Below are positions 43,833-54,211 of a stretch of 62,109 nucleotides of DNA, in pieces (the first letter of the stretch is position 1; each line of letters begins with the position of its first letter). The position numbers and the translations under genes are program-made. The notes under the pieces are model-generated. The model was given only the letters and a program-made list of their open reading frames with translations, was not told the origin of the DNA and made no database searches. Source of the DNA: Gammaproteobacteria bacterium (lineage in GTDB: Bacteria > Pseudomonadota > Gammaproteobacteria > DRLM01); NCBI GenBank assembly GCA_023266095.1, contig JAHFRV010000001.1, positions 1 through 62,109 on the forward strand. Direction: 5' to 3'.

Positions 43833-44171
43833 CTATTTGCACTCAAGTGGCCAGGTATCAGTCGCAATGCGACCGGACGCACTCAGGGCAAATGCGGTAA
43901 CTATTCCGCTGGGTTTATCAAATGAGGCGATGATCAGAGTAGCTCCGTTGTCTAGTGGCTGAACGTAAAACCGGCCGATAGATGGGCTGTTGAGCAAGTT
44001 TTCGCATGGTATGTCGATGCTGCCAATCTTCCGATGAAGCTCCCATGGGTACTCGGCCTCACTCTTTAGACTCGCTTGGAGAGAACCGCTCCATCGTCCT
44101 ACGACGAATGAAAGCGACACCGCCGCTATAGCAATGATGATCCAAGCGAGCCTCTTTGGCGGTGTCATCAT
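43833..44171 (-). CDS. Membrane-anchored small protein, putative immunity protein
   Basis: Basic N-terminus plus TM helix (KRLAWIIIAIAAVSLSFVVG); two Cys; start overlaps the LDT stop. Confidence 0.65.
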   Translation of the reverse strand: MMTPPKRLAWIIIAIAAVSLSFVVGRWSGSLQASLKSEAEYPWELHRKIGSIDIPCENLLNSPSIGRFYVQPLDNGATLIIASFDKPSGIVTAFALSASGRIATDTWPLECK

Positions 44172-44677
44172 TTGATGGTCACCGCAATCGTGACGCCGGC
44201 ATATTTGGCCTGCGTCGTCAACTCAAACATCTTCGTTACGTTTTGATTGGATAACCGCACGCACCCGTGTGAGCAGTATAGGTATTTCGCTTCATTGTCG
44301 CCGACGAAGAGCCTCAGGAGTTCTTCGGGCAATGGTGGTTTTTCAAATCCACCAACTAGTGGCCCACGAGTACCGTGTATTCCGTAGGTCGTGTACTTTC
44401 CGGTCTTGCTATTGTTCAGGGGAAGAAAGTATGGTCCGTATGGATTGCCCCAAAGATCTTTAGACCATGGCGTAGGTCCATGTGTCGGGTTGGTTTTGTC
44501 CTTGATCCACTTGCCAGCTTGGTACGAACCCGCTGGTGTACCTTTATCCTCACAGCCAGAAACCACGCTGGCCGTCAAAAGAACGGTCTTTGTGGCGCCG
44601 ACGGTTTCGCTGAGCGTGAGGGTCTTATTTGATCGTGACACAACGATTTCAAGTGAGGGAGTGGATGGTTTTGCCAT
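44168..44677 (-). CDS. L,D-transpeptidase (YkuD-like) domain protein without signal peptide
   Basis: GTPAGSY, NPYGPYFL, YGIHGT...SHGCVRLSN; AGGAG RBS. Confidence 0.85.
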   Translation of the reverse strand: MAKPSTPSLEIVVSRSNKTLTLSETVGATKTVLLTASVVSGCEDKGTPAGSYQAGKWIKDKTNPTHGPTPWSKDLWGNPYGPYFLPLNNSKTGKYTTYGIHGTRGPLVGGFEKPPLPEELLRLFVGDNEAKYLYCSHGCVRLSNQNVTKMFELTTQAKYAGVTIAVTIK

Positions 44678-44700
44678 CGTAGTCTCCTAGAAAAAGTATA

Positions 44701-44758
44701 TGTAGCCTGGGTGGAGCGCCGTTCGCGAAAACCGGGAACCCGCATCCTTGAAGCTACA
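44701..44758. repeat. Degenerate GTAG-type REP-like element
   Basis: TGTAGCCTGGGTGGAGCG...CGCGAAAACCGGG...GCTACA at the island/ubiB boundary. Confidence 0.45.
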
Positions 44759-44822
44759 CAAGAACACGGATCGGCGTGAACTCAACACTACGCAAGCCAA
44801 CACGCAGCGTCGCGGCACGCAA

Positions 44823-46526
44823 TCAATCCCGCCCGCTCGGCCACGCCAAGAGTAACAACAAGCCGCCCACCCCGCCCAACACCCAGGTGAACAGCGGGGC
44901 ATCGCCCACCATCAACGGTGCGTAGCCGTCCAGACCCAGCACCACCGCCGCCGCAATCACCAGCGCGGCGCCGACCACGGCCACGTACAAACGCTGCTGG
45001 CCTTGGCGCAAACTGCGGTGCAGCTCGCGCAGCTCGGGATTGTCGCTGGTCACTTTGAGTTGACCGGTTTCGGCGCGCTTCAGCACATCGTGCAACAGGG
45101 CGGGAATTTCCGGCAGGCGTTCCGCCCAGCGCGGGATGTTCTCTTTTAAGCCGCGCAGCAAGGCGTGCACACCGACTTGCTCGCTCATCCAGCGTTCGAG
45201 AAACGGCTTGGCGGTCTGCCACAAATCGAGATCGGGATAGAGGTCGCGGCCCAGCCCTTCGATGTTAAGCAGGGTCTTTTGCAGCAGCACCAATTGCGGT
45301 TGCACTTGCATGTTGAAACGCCGCGCGGTTTGAAACAGCCGCAGCAGTAACTGGCCGAAGGAGATTTCTTTGAGCGGCCGCTCGAAGATCGGTTCGCAGA
45401 CGGTGCGGATCGCCGATTCGAATTCATCGACCCGCGTTCCCTCCGGCACCCAGCCCGACAAGACATGCAGCTCGGCTACCCGTCGGTAGTCGCGGCGGAA
45501 AAAGGCCACGAAGTTTTCGGCGAGATAGTGCTGGTCGACCGGATTCAGCGTGCCCATGATGCCGAAATCCACGGCGAGGTATTGCCCCTGCGGCGAGACG
45601 AAGATGTTGCCGGGGTGCATGTCGGCGTGAAAAAAACTGTGGCGAAACACTTGGGTGAAAAAGATTTCAACGCCGCGTTCGGAGAGTTGTTTGAGATCGA
45701 TGCCCTGTTGCCGCAGCGCCGCGATGTCACCGATAGGCGTGCCGTAGATGCGTTCCATCACCATCACCTGACGGCGGCTATAGGGCCAATACACCTCGGG
45801 CACATAGAGCAGCCCGGACTCTTGAAAATTACGGCGCAACTGCGAGGCGTTGGCCGCCTCGCGCAGCAAATCGAGCTCATCGAGAATGGTCTTTTCATAT
45901 TCGCGCACCACCTCGCGCGGCCGCAGGCGCCGGCCCTCGCTCCAGTAATCTTCGGCGAGACCGGCCACCACATACAGCAGACCGATGTCGCGAACGATCA
46001 CTTCCTGGATATGGGGCCTCACCACTTTCACCACCACCTCGCGACCGTCGTGCAGGCGCGCCAGATGCACTTGGGCGATCGAGGCGGAAGCGTGCGGTGT
46101 TTCTTCGAAGTGGGCGAACAACTCGGTGACCGGCTGACCCAAGGCGCTTTCGATGATGGCACGCGACTCGGCGCCGGGAAACGGTGGCACCCGATCCTGC
46201 AACTTAGTCAGTTCGACGGCGATGTCGTCCGGCAACAGATCGCGGCGGGTGGAGAGCATCTGCCCGAATTTGACGAAGATCGGACCCAACTCTTCCAACG
46301 CAAGGCGGATGCGCACGCCGCGCGGCGGCAGTTGGCGGGGCACCCAATACCAGGGGAGAAAATACCGGATGAAACGCACCGGCCGGAACAGATGGGTGGC
46401 GAGCACAATGTCGTCCAGACCGTGACGCAACAACACGATATTGATGTGCAGCAGGCGCAATAACTGGCGCGGTTGAAACATCAGCATGACAAAAATTCCG
46501 TCGCCGTCACGATGACTGTCATTCAA
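44823..46526 (-). CDS. ubiB: Ubiquinone biosynthesis kinase-like protein UbiB (start 46526 or 46481)
   Basis: [49 protein letters not shown]. Confidence 0.97.
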   Translation of the reverse strand: MNDSHRDGDGIFVMLMFQPRQLLRLLHINIVLLRHGLDDIVLATHLFRPVRFIRYFLPWYWVPRQLPPRGVRIRLALEELGPIFVKFGQMLSTRRDLLPDDIAVELTKLQDRVPPFPGAESRAIIESALGQPVTELFAHFEETPHASASIAQVHLARLHDGREVVVKVVRPHIQEVIVRDIGLLYVVAGLAEDYWSEGRRLRPREVVREYEKTILDELDLLREAANASQLRRNFQESGLLYVPEVYWPYSRRQVMVMERIYGTPIGDIAALRQQGIDLKQLSERGVEIFFTQVFRHSFFHADMHPGNIFVSPQGQYLAVDFGIMGTLNPVDQHYLAENFVAFFRRDYRRVAELHVLSGWVPEGTRVDEFESAIRTVCEPIFERPLKEISFGQLLLRLFQTARRFNMQVQPQLVLLQKTLLNIEGLGRDLYPDLDLWQTAKPFLERWMSEQVGVHALLRGLKENIPRWAERLPEIPALLHDVLKRAETGQLKVTSDNPELRELHRSLRQGQQRLYVAVVGAALVIAAAVVLGLDGYAPLMVGDAPLFTWVLGGVGGLLLLLAWPSGRD

Positions 46527-47146
46527 GATTTCTCAGATTGCTGCGCAGTGGCGAGACGTTTCACCCGCGCCGCCAAGCGGTCGGCGTCGCTGCGCAAGTG
46601 ATCGACCGCCGCCAGCCAGGCTTCCACCTCGTCGCGGCGCGGCAAGTAATCGCTTTCTTCTTGCAGATAATCGGCGCCGTCGCGGCCGAGGTGGTCCCAA
46701 CCCTGGGCACTCCATTCGCGCAGGCCACGCACCGCCACGCCCACCTGATGGGCCGCCACATCGCCGACCAGCCGTGAGAGTTGTTCCTCCCAATCGATGT
46801 CGATGTCGCGCAGCACGGCCTCGAAACGCTGGCCCAGCTCTACGTCACCGCGGATCTCCACGTCGCCCTTGAACACCGCGCCACGTTCGCCGCGCACCAG
46901 ACCCAGCCGCGCCAGACTGAAAGGCGCGCCGCGGATCACGGTGTCGGGGCGGCCGGCGTAATCACCCAGCAGATGCAGACCGCCGGCATGCGGCGTCATA
47001 TAAAAAGTAAGATTGAGGCCGCGCAGGTCCAGAGCGACGACCTTGCCGCTGAGCGGCGCGAGGCGCGCCAGCGTGGTGGGGTCGAGCGCCAGATAGCGAT
47101 TCATGGCGCTTTCCAGTCCGGCCAGCAACAAGGCAGGGATCATCAC
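46523..47146 (-). CDS. ubiJ: Ubiquinone biosynthesis accessory factor UbiJ (SCP2 domain)
   Basis: [31 protein letters not shown]; synteny. Confidence 0.93.
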   Translation of the reverse strand: MMIPALLLAGLESAMNRYLALDPTTLARLAPLSGKVVALDLRGLNLTFYMTPHAGGLHLLGDYAGRPDTVIRGAPFSLARLGLVRGERGAVFKGDVEIRGDVELGQRFEAVLRDIDIDWEEQLSRLVGDVAAHQVGVAVRGLREWSAQGWDHLGRDGADYLQEESDYLPRRDEVEAWLAAVDHLRSDADRLAARVKRLATAQQSEKS

Positions 47147-47637
47147 TTCCAGTCCTTTTCAATTTCCGGCAGCGGTGCGCGCGTTATATCCTCGAGCACC
47201 ACCACGGTCTTGGCGATCTTGTCGTGAAAACCTTGTTTGCGTTTGTCAAAGGCGATCCACAAAAATCCTAGACCCAACGGCAAGGCCGACACGAAATAGG
47301 CGAAATAACGCAATAGCGCCTGGCCGGTGCGCAAGGGCGCGCCGGTGCGCGCGTCCACTACCTGACAACCCAGCAGCAGCTTGCCGGGCGTGCCGAGAAA
47401 TCTCAGCCAGAAAAACACCGTCACCAGCGCGAACACGGCATTCTGCGCCAGACCGCGCAGCAGCTCGGCTCCGTCGTAGACCTGCGACCCCGGCGCCACC
47501 TCGGTGGACGGCGCCGCACCCCAACCCAGCAGCAGCCACATCAGACCGAGGATCAAACCGAAGATCAAACTGTCGATCAGCGAGGCGGCCAGGCGGCGCC
47601 AGAAACCGGCGTACTGGACATGTTCACCGAAGCTCAC
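47143..47637 (-). CDS. RDD family membrane protein
   Basis: [33 protein letters not shown]; GTG start overlaps the ubiE stop. Confidence 0.9.
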   Translation of the reverse strand: MSFGEHVQYAGFWRRLAASLIDSLIFGLILGLMWLLLGWGAAPSTEVAPGSQVYDGAELLRGLAQNAVFALVTVFFWLRFLGTPGKLLLGCQVVDARTGAPLRTGQALLRYFAYFVSALPLGLGFLWIAFDKRKQGFHDKIAKTVVVLEDITRAPLPEIEKDWK

Positions 47638-48386
47638 AATTTGTAGCCCCGATGCAGGGCGACGATGCCACCGCTCAAGTTGTAATAATCGCAGTGGGCG
47701 AACCCCGCCTCCAATAACATGTGTTTGAGCGCGTCCTGGCCGGGGTGCATGCGTATCGATTCCACCAGATACCGGTAGCTGTCGGCGTCGCCGGTCACCG
47801 CCTTGCCCAGCCACGGCAATATTTTTGAATAAGCATCGTACAGCGGCCGGATCGGCGCCGCCGGTTTGGAGAATTCCAGCACCAGCAAACGCCCGCCGGG
47901 TTTGAGCACGCGGTGCATCGAGGCCAGCGCGCCGGGAATATTGGTGACGTTGCGCAGGCCAAAGGCGATGCTCACGCAATCGAAGGCATTATCGACGAAG
48001 GGCAGGCGTTCGGCGTTGGCCTGCGCGTAGTCGACATTGCCGACGATGCCGCGTTCGATCAGCGCGTCGCGGCCGCGGTTGAGCATGGCGTTGTTGATGT
48101 CGGTGGAGATCACCCGCCCGTCCGTGCCCACCCGCGCGGCGAAGGCCGCGGCGAGGTCGCCGGTACCCGAGGCCACGTCCAGCACCCGCTGTCCCGCGGC
48201 GACGCCGCTGAGCTCGATGGTGAAGCGCTTCCACAGCCGATGCACGCCCAGCGACATCAGGTCGTTCATGAGATCGTATTTGTTCGCCACCGAATCGAAG
48301 ACGCCCGCCACCAGGCGGGCCTTGTCCTCGGCGGGCACTTGCCGGTAACCAAAGTGCGTGGAGTTGGACGAGTCACGTTCAGTCAT
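47634..48386 (-). CDS. ubiE: Ubiquinone/menaquinone C-methyltransferase
   Basis: [43 protein letters not shown]. Confidence 0.98.
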   Translation of the reverse strand: MTERDSSNSTHFGYRQVPAEDKARLVAGVFDSVANKYDLMNDLMSLGVHRLWKRFTIELSGVAAGQRVLDVASGTGDLAAAFAARVGTDGRVISTDINNAMLNRGRDALIERGIVGNVDYAQANAERLPFVDNAFDCVSIAFGLRNVTNIPGALASMHRVLKPGGRLLVLEFSKPAAPIRPLYDAYSKILPWLGKAVTGDADSYRYLVESIRMHPGQDALKHMLLEAGFAHCDYYNLSGGIVALHRGYKL

Positions 48387-48400
48387 GATGTGTGCGCCGT

Positions 48401-48772
48401 TTAAACCGGTGGAGTACGCTGATGGCCGGCCTTGGCCAGCGCGTCCAGATAGTTCCGCCACAACGCCGGCTGATGCGCGCCGAGCTTGTGGAGCAGATCC
48501 CAAGTATAGAGGCCGGTGTTGTGGCCGTCGTCAAAATAAATCTTGACCGCGTAATGGCCGACCGGCTCGATGGCGGTGATGTTGACATTCTCCTTCCCCA
48601 CCTGCAACACCTCCTGGCCGGGACCGTGGCCGCGCACCTCGGCGGAGGGCGAATAGACGCGCAGATATTCGCAGGGCAATTTGTAATGCGCGCCGTCGTC
48701 GAAACGGATTTCCAGAACGCGGCTGACGCGGTGGAGGCGGATGTCGGTGGGATGCGGCGTGTCGCTTGACAT
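48401..48772 (-). CDS. DUF971 / GBBH-like N-terminal domain protein
   Basis: [34 protein letters not shown]; usual position between hslU and ubiE. Confidence 0.9.
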   Translation of the reverse strand: MSSDTPHPTDIRLHRVSRVLEIRFDDGAHYKLPCEYLRVYSPSAEVRGHGPGQEVLQVGKENVNITAIEPVGHYAVKIYFDDGHNTGLYTWDLLHKLGAHQPALWRNYLDALAKAGHQRTPPV

Positions 48773-48794
48773 AGTATTCTCGTTACGTAAAGCG

Positions 48795-48862
48795 CTAGGC
48801 GCAAAGTTAAATGAGAACAGTAAAGTCGACTCCGTTCTTTGCCCTTTTTACTTTGCGCCTAG
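48795..48862. repeat. Long hairpin (13-bp perfect inverted repeat)
   Basis: CTAGGCGCAAAGT...ACTTTGCGCCTAG just downstream of hslU. Confidence 0.65.
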
Positions 48863-48870
48863 TCCTGCTT

Positions 48871-50205
48871 TTATAAAATATACCGGCTCATGTCTTCATC
48901 ACCCGCCAGCTGGGCGAGTTGTGCATCCACATAAGCGCCGTCGATGATCAAAGTTTGCCCGTGCCGATCGGAGGCATCGAACGAAACCGTTTCCAATAAA
49001 CGTTCCATCACCGTGTGCAAGCGACGGGCGCCGATATTCTCGGTACGCTCGTTCACCGACCAGGCGATCTCGGCGAGACGGCGGATACCGTCGGCGGTGA
49101 ATTGCAGCGCCAACCCCTCGGTGGCGAGCAGCGCGGCGTATTGCTCGGTGAGCGAGGCGTCGGGCTCGGTGAGAATGCGCACGAAATCCTCTACGGTGAG
49201 CGCACTCAATTCCACGCGGATCGGCAAGCGTCCCTGCAGCTCGGGGATGAGATCCGAAGGTTTGGCCAGATGAAAGGCGCCGGAAGCGATGAACAAGATA
49301 TGATCGGTGCGGACGATGCCGTGTTTGGTGGTGACGGTGCTGCCCTCCACCAGCGGCAATAAATCGCGCTGCACGCCTTCGCGGGAGACGTCGGGACCGG
49401 CATGTTCGCCGCGCTTGGCGATCTTGTCGATTTCGTCGAGGAACACGATGCCGTTCTGTTCGACGTTTTGCAGCGCCCGGGTTTTCAAATCGTCTTCGTT
49501 GACCAACTTGCCCGCCTCTTCGTCGTTGAGCATCTTGAGCGCGTCCTTCACCCGCAAACGGCGGCGGCGGGTGCGGGTGCCGCCCATGCTTTGAAAGAGG
49601 CTCTGCAATTGACCGGACATCTCTTCCATACCGGGTGGCGCCATGATCTCCACCCCGATCGGCGCGGCGCTGAGTTCCACTTCAATCTCTTTATCGTCCA
49701 GCTCGCCCTGGCGCAGCTTCTTGCGAAAGATTTGCCAGGTGGTGCTCTCCTCCGCGCTCTCGGGCGTCGCGCCAAAACCGCTGCGCGCCCGCGGCAGCAA
49801 GGCCTCGAGCACCCGTTCTTCCGCCGCGTCCTCCGCGCGGTGGCGGACCTTGCCCAGCTCTTCCTCGCGGGTCATTTTGATGGCGACGTCCGCCAGGTCA
49901 CGGATGATGGATTCCACGTCGCGGCCCACATAACCCACTTCGGTGAACTTGGTGGCTTCCACTTTGATGAAGGGTGCGTTGGCCAGTTTGGCCAAGCGCC
50001 GCGCGATCTCGGTTTTACCCACCCCGGTGGGGCCGATCATTAAAATATTTTTGGGGGTGATCTCGTTGCGCAGCGCGTCGCTGACCTGCGAACGGCGCCA
50101 ACGATTGCGCAAGGCGATCGCCACCGCGCGTTTGGCGTCGGCCTGACCGACGATATGTTTGTCGAGTTCCTGGACGATTTCTCTGGGAGTCATGTAAGAC
50201 ATCAC
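48871..50205 (-). CDS. hslU: ATP-dependent protease ATPase subunit HslU
   Basis: [27 protein letters not shown]-terminal RYIL. Confidence 0.98.
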   Translation of the reverse strand: MMSYMTPREIVQELDKHIVGQADAKRAVAIALRNRWRRSQVSDALRNEITPKNILMIGPTGVGKTEIARRLAKLANAPFIKVEATKFTEVGYVGRDVESIIRDLADVAIKMTREEELGKVRHRAEDAAEERVLEALLPRARSGFGATPESAEESTTWQIFRKKLRQGELDDKEIEVELSAAPIGVEIMAPPGMEEMSGQLQSLFQSMGGTRTRRRRLRVKDALKMLNDEEAGKLVNEDDLKTRALQNVEQNGIVFLDEIDKIAKRGEHAGPDVSREGVQRDLLPLVEGSTVTTKHGIVRTDHILFIASGAFHLAKPSDLIPELQGRLPIRVELSALTVEDFVRILTEPDASLTEQYAALLATEGLALQFTADGIRRLAEIAWSVNERTENIGARRLHTVMERLLETVSFDASDRHGQTLIIDGAYVDAQLAQLAGDEDMSRYIL

Positions 50206-50251
50206 GGCTACTCGGTAGTCATAGGCGATAAATCGGAAATTCGCGCGGCCG

Positions 50252-50797
50252 TTACTGTACCGCGCTCAATTCCTCGATGGTCAGATGGTGGTTGGTGTAC
50301 ACACAAATGTCGGCGGCGATGGACAAGGCCTTTTCGACGATGGCGCGCGCATCCAGCTCGGTGTGCATCATCAAGGCCCGCGCCGCGGCCTGGGCATAGG
50401 GGCCGCCGGAGCCGATGGCGGCCAGGTCGTGTTCGGGTTCGATGACATCACCATTGCCGGAGATCAGCAGCGAACTTTGTTGGTCCGCCACGATCAGCAT
50501 GGCCTCGAGACGGCGCAGCATACGGTCGGTGCGCCAATCCTTGGCCAGTTCCACCGCCGAGCGCACCAGGTTGCCGGAGTGCTTCTCCAGTTTGCCCTCG
50601 AAACGCTCGAACAAGGTGAAGGCGTCGGCGGTGCCGCCGGCGAAACCGGCGATGACCCGCTCACCGTACAGACGGCGGACCTTACGGGCATTGCCCTTCA
50701 TCACGGTATTGCCCAAGGACACCTGGCCGTCGCCGCCGATCACCACCTGCGCGCCGCGCCGCACCGCCAAAATAGTCGTACCCCGAAACTGTTCCAA
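50252..50797 (-). CDS. hslV: ATP-dependent protease subunit HslV (TTG start)
   Basis: [34 protein letters not shown]. Confidence 0.97.
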   Translation of the reverse strand: MEQFRGTTILAVRRGAQVVIGGDGQVSLGNTVMKGNARKVRRLYGERVIAGFAGGTADAFTLFERFEGKLEKHSGNLVRSAVELAKDWRTDRMLRRLEAMLIVADQQSSLLISGNGDVIEPEHDLAAIGSGGPYAQAAARALMMHTELDARAIVEKALSIAADICVYTNHHLTIEELSAVQ

Positions 50798-51022
50798 AGC
50801 CACACTCCCCGCGAAAGGGTTTAATCTTACACGCTCGCGGCGGGGGGAAGAAGCGAGTGGGGTCGGCCACATTGCCAGGCCGGCCGGCCCGCGGTAGCCG
50901 CGGCCAGGCAAATCGGCACGATACATACCCGCCGCGGCCGTTTCATTGCTAAAATGGCGCCCTTTCGCCGGCAGCGCGGGGCCGCTTCCAGCGTCGCCCC
51001 TTACTTCAGGAGTTCACCCACC

Positions 51023-52240
51023 ATGTCCAAACTCGTCAAACCCCACGGCGCCGAGACGCTGAAACCTTTGCTGCTGGACGGCGCCGCGCGCATCGCGGAA
51101 CGCCAGCGGGCCGCGACTCTCACCCAGGTCCAGATCAGTTCCCGCGAAGTCGGCGATCTGATCATGCTGGGCATCGGCGGCTTCACGCCGCTGGAAGGTT
51201 TCATGACTCACGCCGACTGGCAGGGCGTGTGCGACGGCATGAAGACGGCCAGCGGTCTGTTCTGGCCCATCCCCATCACTCTCTCCACCGACAACCATAC
51301 CGCCGACCGCATCAAGACCGGCGGCGAGGTGGCGTTGGTGGACCGTGAGTCCGGCGAGATCATGGCCACCATGCGGGTCACCGAAAAATACACCATCGAC
51401 AAGGCCCATGAATGCGCCATGGTGTTCAAGACCACCGACGCCGAACACCCGGGCGTGCAGATGGTGATGGAACAGGGCGAGGTGAATCTGGCCGGACCGG
51501 TAAAGGTCTTGTCGCAAGGCCGCTTTCCCAGTGACTTCGCCGACGTCTACATGACGCCGGCCGAGACTCGCAGACTGTTCGAGGAAAAAGGCTGGAGCAC
51601 GGTCGTCGCCTTTCAGACCCGCAATCCGCTGCACCGGTCGCACGAATATCTGGTGAAGATCGCCATCGAAATCTGCGACGGCGTGATGATCCATTCGCTG
51701 CTCGGCAAACTGAAGGCCGGCGACATTCCTTCCGACGTGCGCGTCAAAGCGATCAATGCGCTCGTCGAAAATTATTTTGTGAAAGACACGGTGGTGCAAT
51801 CCGGCTATCCGCTCGATATGCGCTACGCCGGCCCGCGTGAGGCGCTGCTGCATGCGTTGTTCCGCCAAAATTACGGCTGTTCCCACCTCATCGTCGGCCG
51901 CGACCACGCCGGGGTGGGCGATTACTACGGCCCCTTCGACGCCCACCACATCTTCGACCAAATCCCCAAAGGTGCGCTGGAGACCCAACCGCTCAAGATC
52001 GATTGGACTTTTTACTGCTATAAATGCGGCGGCATGGCCTCGATGCGCACCTGCCCTCACGACGGCGCGGATCGCTTATTGTTGTCCGGCACCAAGCTGC
52101 GCAAGGCGCTCTCGGAAAATGGCGAAGTGCCGCCCGAATTCTCACGCCCCGAAGTGCTGACTATTTTACGCGACTACTATGCCAACCTGGCTGAGCACGA
52201 AAAAGTGGAAGTGAAGCTTAGCGGTCATTCGGCGCGCTGA
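51023..52240 (+). CDS. sat: Sulfate adenylyltransferase (Sat/ATP sulfurylase)
   Basis: [47 protein letters not shown]; AGGAG RBS. Confidence 0.97.
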   Translation: MSKLVKPHGAETLKPLLLDGAARIAERQRAATLTQVQISSREVGDLIMLGIGGFTPLEGFMTHADWQGVCDGMKTASGLFWPIPITLSTDNHTADRIKTGGEVALVDRESGEIMATMRVTEKYTIDKAHECAMVFKTTDAEHPGVQMVMEQGEVNLAGPVKVLSQGRFPSDFADVYMTPAETRRLFEEKGWSTVVAFQTRNPLHRSHEYLVKIAIEICDGVMIHSLLGKLKAGDIPSDVRVKAINALVENYFVKDTVVQSGYPLDMRYAGPREALLHALFRQNYGCSHLIVGRDHAGVGDYYGPFDAHHIFDQIPKGALETQPLKIDWTFYCYKCGGMASMRTCPHDGADRLLLSGTKLRKALSENGEVPPEFSRPEVLTILRDYYANLAEHEKVEVKLSGHSAR

Positions 52241-52271
52241 AACAGGCGGGGCCGCCCCCGCGGAGCAGGAC

Positions 52272-52296
52272 CGTACCCCCGCTTCGCGGGGGTACG
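52272..52296. terminator. 11-bp GC-rich hairpin after sat
   Basis: CGTACCCCCGC-TTC-GCGGGGGTACG; no U tract. Confidence 0.5.
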
Positions 52297-52311
52297 CAAC
52301 GATCAAGCTAA

Positions 52312-52336
52312 GGAAGCTCTGAATAATTCAGGTTCC
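52312..52336. repeat. Solo/collapsed MITE terminal module
   Basis: GGAAGCTCTGAATAATTCAGGTTCC matches the MITE end modules. Confidence 0.6.
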
Positions 52337-52350
52337 ATAAACACTAAGCG

Positions 52351-53058
52351 CTAAGGTGAAACAGCCTCATCCGCATATACATAGCGGCCGCGGCTTTCGG
52401 CCACCGCGCCTGTGATAATAGTTTGCAGGGCGGCCAGCTTGCCGTGGAAATAATGGCAGGCATCGTCGAGGTACACTGTTTCCGGCGCGGGATAGATGCG
52501 CGTCGCCCAGCGCAACACCTCCTGGTAGGGCACCAGTTGATCCTGCTTGCCTTGCACCAGCAACCAGGGGCAGGCGGGCGCCGCCATTTCGGCAAGACGG
52601 AAAATATTGACCGGCGGCGCGATGGTGATCAGGCGGTCGACCTCGGTGTATTGCGCGGCGTGCAAAGCGATATAGGCGCCGAAAGAAAAACCCGCCAGCC
52701 AGATTTCTCGGCCGGGATATTCGGCGCGCACCGCGCGAATGACCGCCAGCAGATCCTGAGTTTCGCCTATACCATGGTCGTATTGACCCGCGCTATCACC
52801 CACGCCGCGAAAATTGAAACGGATCGTCAGCACGCCCAACTTGCACAAAGTACGCGCCAGCGTGTGAGTGACTTTATTATTGTAGCTGCCGCCATGCAAA
52901 GGATGAGGATGGCAAACGACAGCGACCGCACCGGCGGCTCTTTCCGCTTGGGGAACACTGACGATACCTTCGATGCGGCCGGCCGGACCATGGAATTGTA
53001 TGCCCTCTTCATGGGCAAACGGCCGCGGAATTGAGGCGGCGCTGGTAGCTAAACTCAT
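52351..53058 (-). CDS. Alpha/beta hydrolase
   Basis: CHPHPLHGG, FNFRGVGDS, GFSFG, QGKQDQLV, CHYFHG. Confidence 0.92.
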   Translation of the reverse strand: MSLATSAASIPRPFAHEEGIQFHGPAGRIEGIVSVPQAERAAGAVAVVCHPHPLHGGSYNNKVTHTLARTLCKLGVLTIRFNFRGVGDSAGQYDHGIGETQDLLAVIRAVRAEYPGREIWLAGFSFGAYIALHAAQYTEVDRLITIAPPVNIFRLAEMAAPACPWLLVQGKQDQLVPYQEVLRWATRIYPAPETVYLDDACHYFHGKLAALQTIITGAVAESRGRYVYADEAVSP

Positions 53059-53301
53059 CGCAAAGGCTCAAATAGTAATAATGGCGAATTCGCGGAGAGT
53101 GCGAATAATAAGTGTTGAAACCAGCAAAGTCAAAATGCAACCGTGACAGCCCGTCCATCCGCGTTCGCCATCATCCTTGACGTCGCTTAGCCGCCGCAGC
53201 CAAAAAAGCCAGGCCGCTTGTTATTCCGACAAATCCGCCTCTATCGGTTGGATAGCTGACGCGATGCACAAAACCATGCTTCGCGCCATTACGTTACAAG
53301 C

Positions 53302-54096
53302 TTATTTGCCGGAAGGCGGCGCCCCTGGCGGTAGAAGACTGTCGCCGTATTTGGCGCGCTGTTGATGTTCGTAGAGCTTGGCGTATTTCAAGAACACATA
53401 AAAAGCGCTCACCGCCGCCGCGATGAAACCTGCCCAGCCGTTGAGAAAATTGCGCTTGAAAAAATAGATGCGCACGAAATAGAGCGGGGGATAAAACACC
53501 ATGATCCAGGGATTAGCACGGCGGCCCTTGGCCAGTTTATCGGCGACCAAGCCGCTGGAATAGGCGTTCACCTTGTCCACTTTCTCATGCACACTCACCT
53601 CACCGTAGTGATAAAACGGCGCATGCAGTTGTCGGAGGGTGCCGATCACCTTGGGCGCGGCATGCACCGGCATATCGCTCATCCGGCCCTTGGCCTTGTC
53701 GAAGAAACGTAGGAAATAATTCATGCGGGCGGCGGGATGGGCCATGCGCCAGAACATTTGCTCCTGACGCGGCAACTCGTAGCCGTCGGCCTGCGGCCCC
53801 CCGCGCAAGACCGTTTGTAGCTGACTTTGCAATTCCGGCGAGAGGGCCTCGTCGGCGTCCAGCAGCAACACCCAGCCGTGGGTAGTCTTCTCCAAGGCCG
53901 ACTGTTTTTGCCTGCCGTAACCGAGAAATTCATGTTGAAAGATTCGGCAGCCGAACTCACGCGCGATATCGAGAGTGGCATCGTTGCTGTAAGAATCCAG
54001 CAGTACGATCTCGTCGGCCCACTTCACGCTATCGAGACAGGCGCGCAGGGTACGGGCATTATTAAACGTGGTGACGAATACCGAGAGCTGCTCCAT
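53302..54096 (-). CDS. Family 2 glycosyltransferase (LPS core, WaaE/KdtX-like)
   Basis: WADEIVLLDSYSNDAT, LLDADE, FLNGWAGF, KYAKL. Confidence 0.9.
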   Translation of the reverse strand: MEQLSVFVTTFNNARTLRACLDSVKWADEIVLLDSYSNDATLDIAREFGCRIFQHEFLGYGRQKQSALEKTTHGWVLLLDADEALSPELQSQLQTVLRGGPQADGYELPRQEQMFWRMAHPAARMNYFLRFFDKAKGRMSDMPVHAAPKVIGTLRQLHAPFYHYGEVSVHEKVDKVNAYSSGLVADKLAKGRRANPWIMVFYPPLYFVRIYFFKRNFLNGWAGFIAAAVSAFYVFLKYAKLYEHQQRAKYGDSLLPPGAPPSGK

Positions 54097-54211
54097 GGCG
54101 GGTCCATAACGTGTTTATAAATTCGGCCAAGTTTAACACCGATGCGCGGCCTACGCCGGGCGAGGCAAACAACTCGCGCGTGCCGGAGGGCAAGCTTGCT
54201 ACAATCACGCC

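Noticed and set aside
42500-44820. Integron cassette array as explanation for the island
   Set aside because: Gene pairs are convergent and no RYYYAAC...GTTRRRY attC sites were found between them.
47638-47979. N-terminal extension of the RDD ORF overlapping ubiE
   Set aside because: Low-complexity alternate frame; the GTG at 47637 coupled to the ubiE stop is the better start.
50800-50950. sigma32 promoter for hslVU
   Set aside because: CCCCACT is present but there is no CTTGAA-like -35 at the right spacing.
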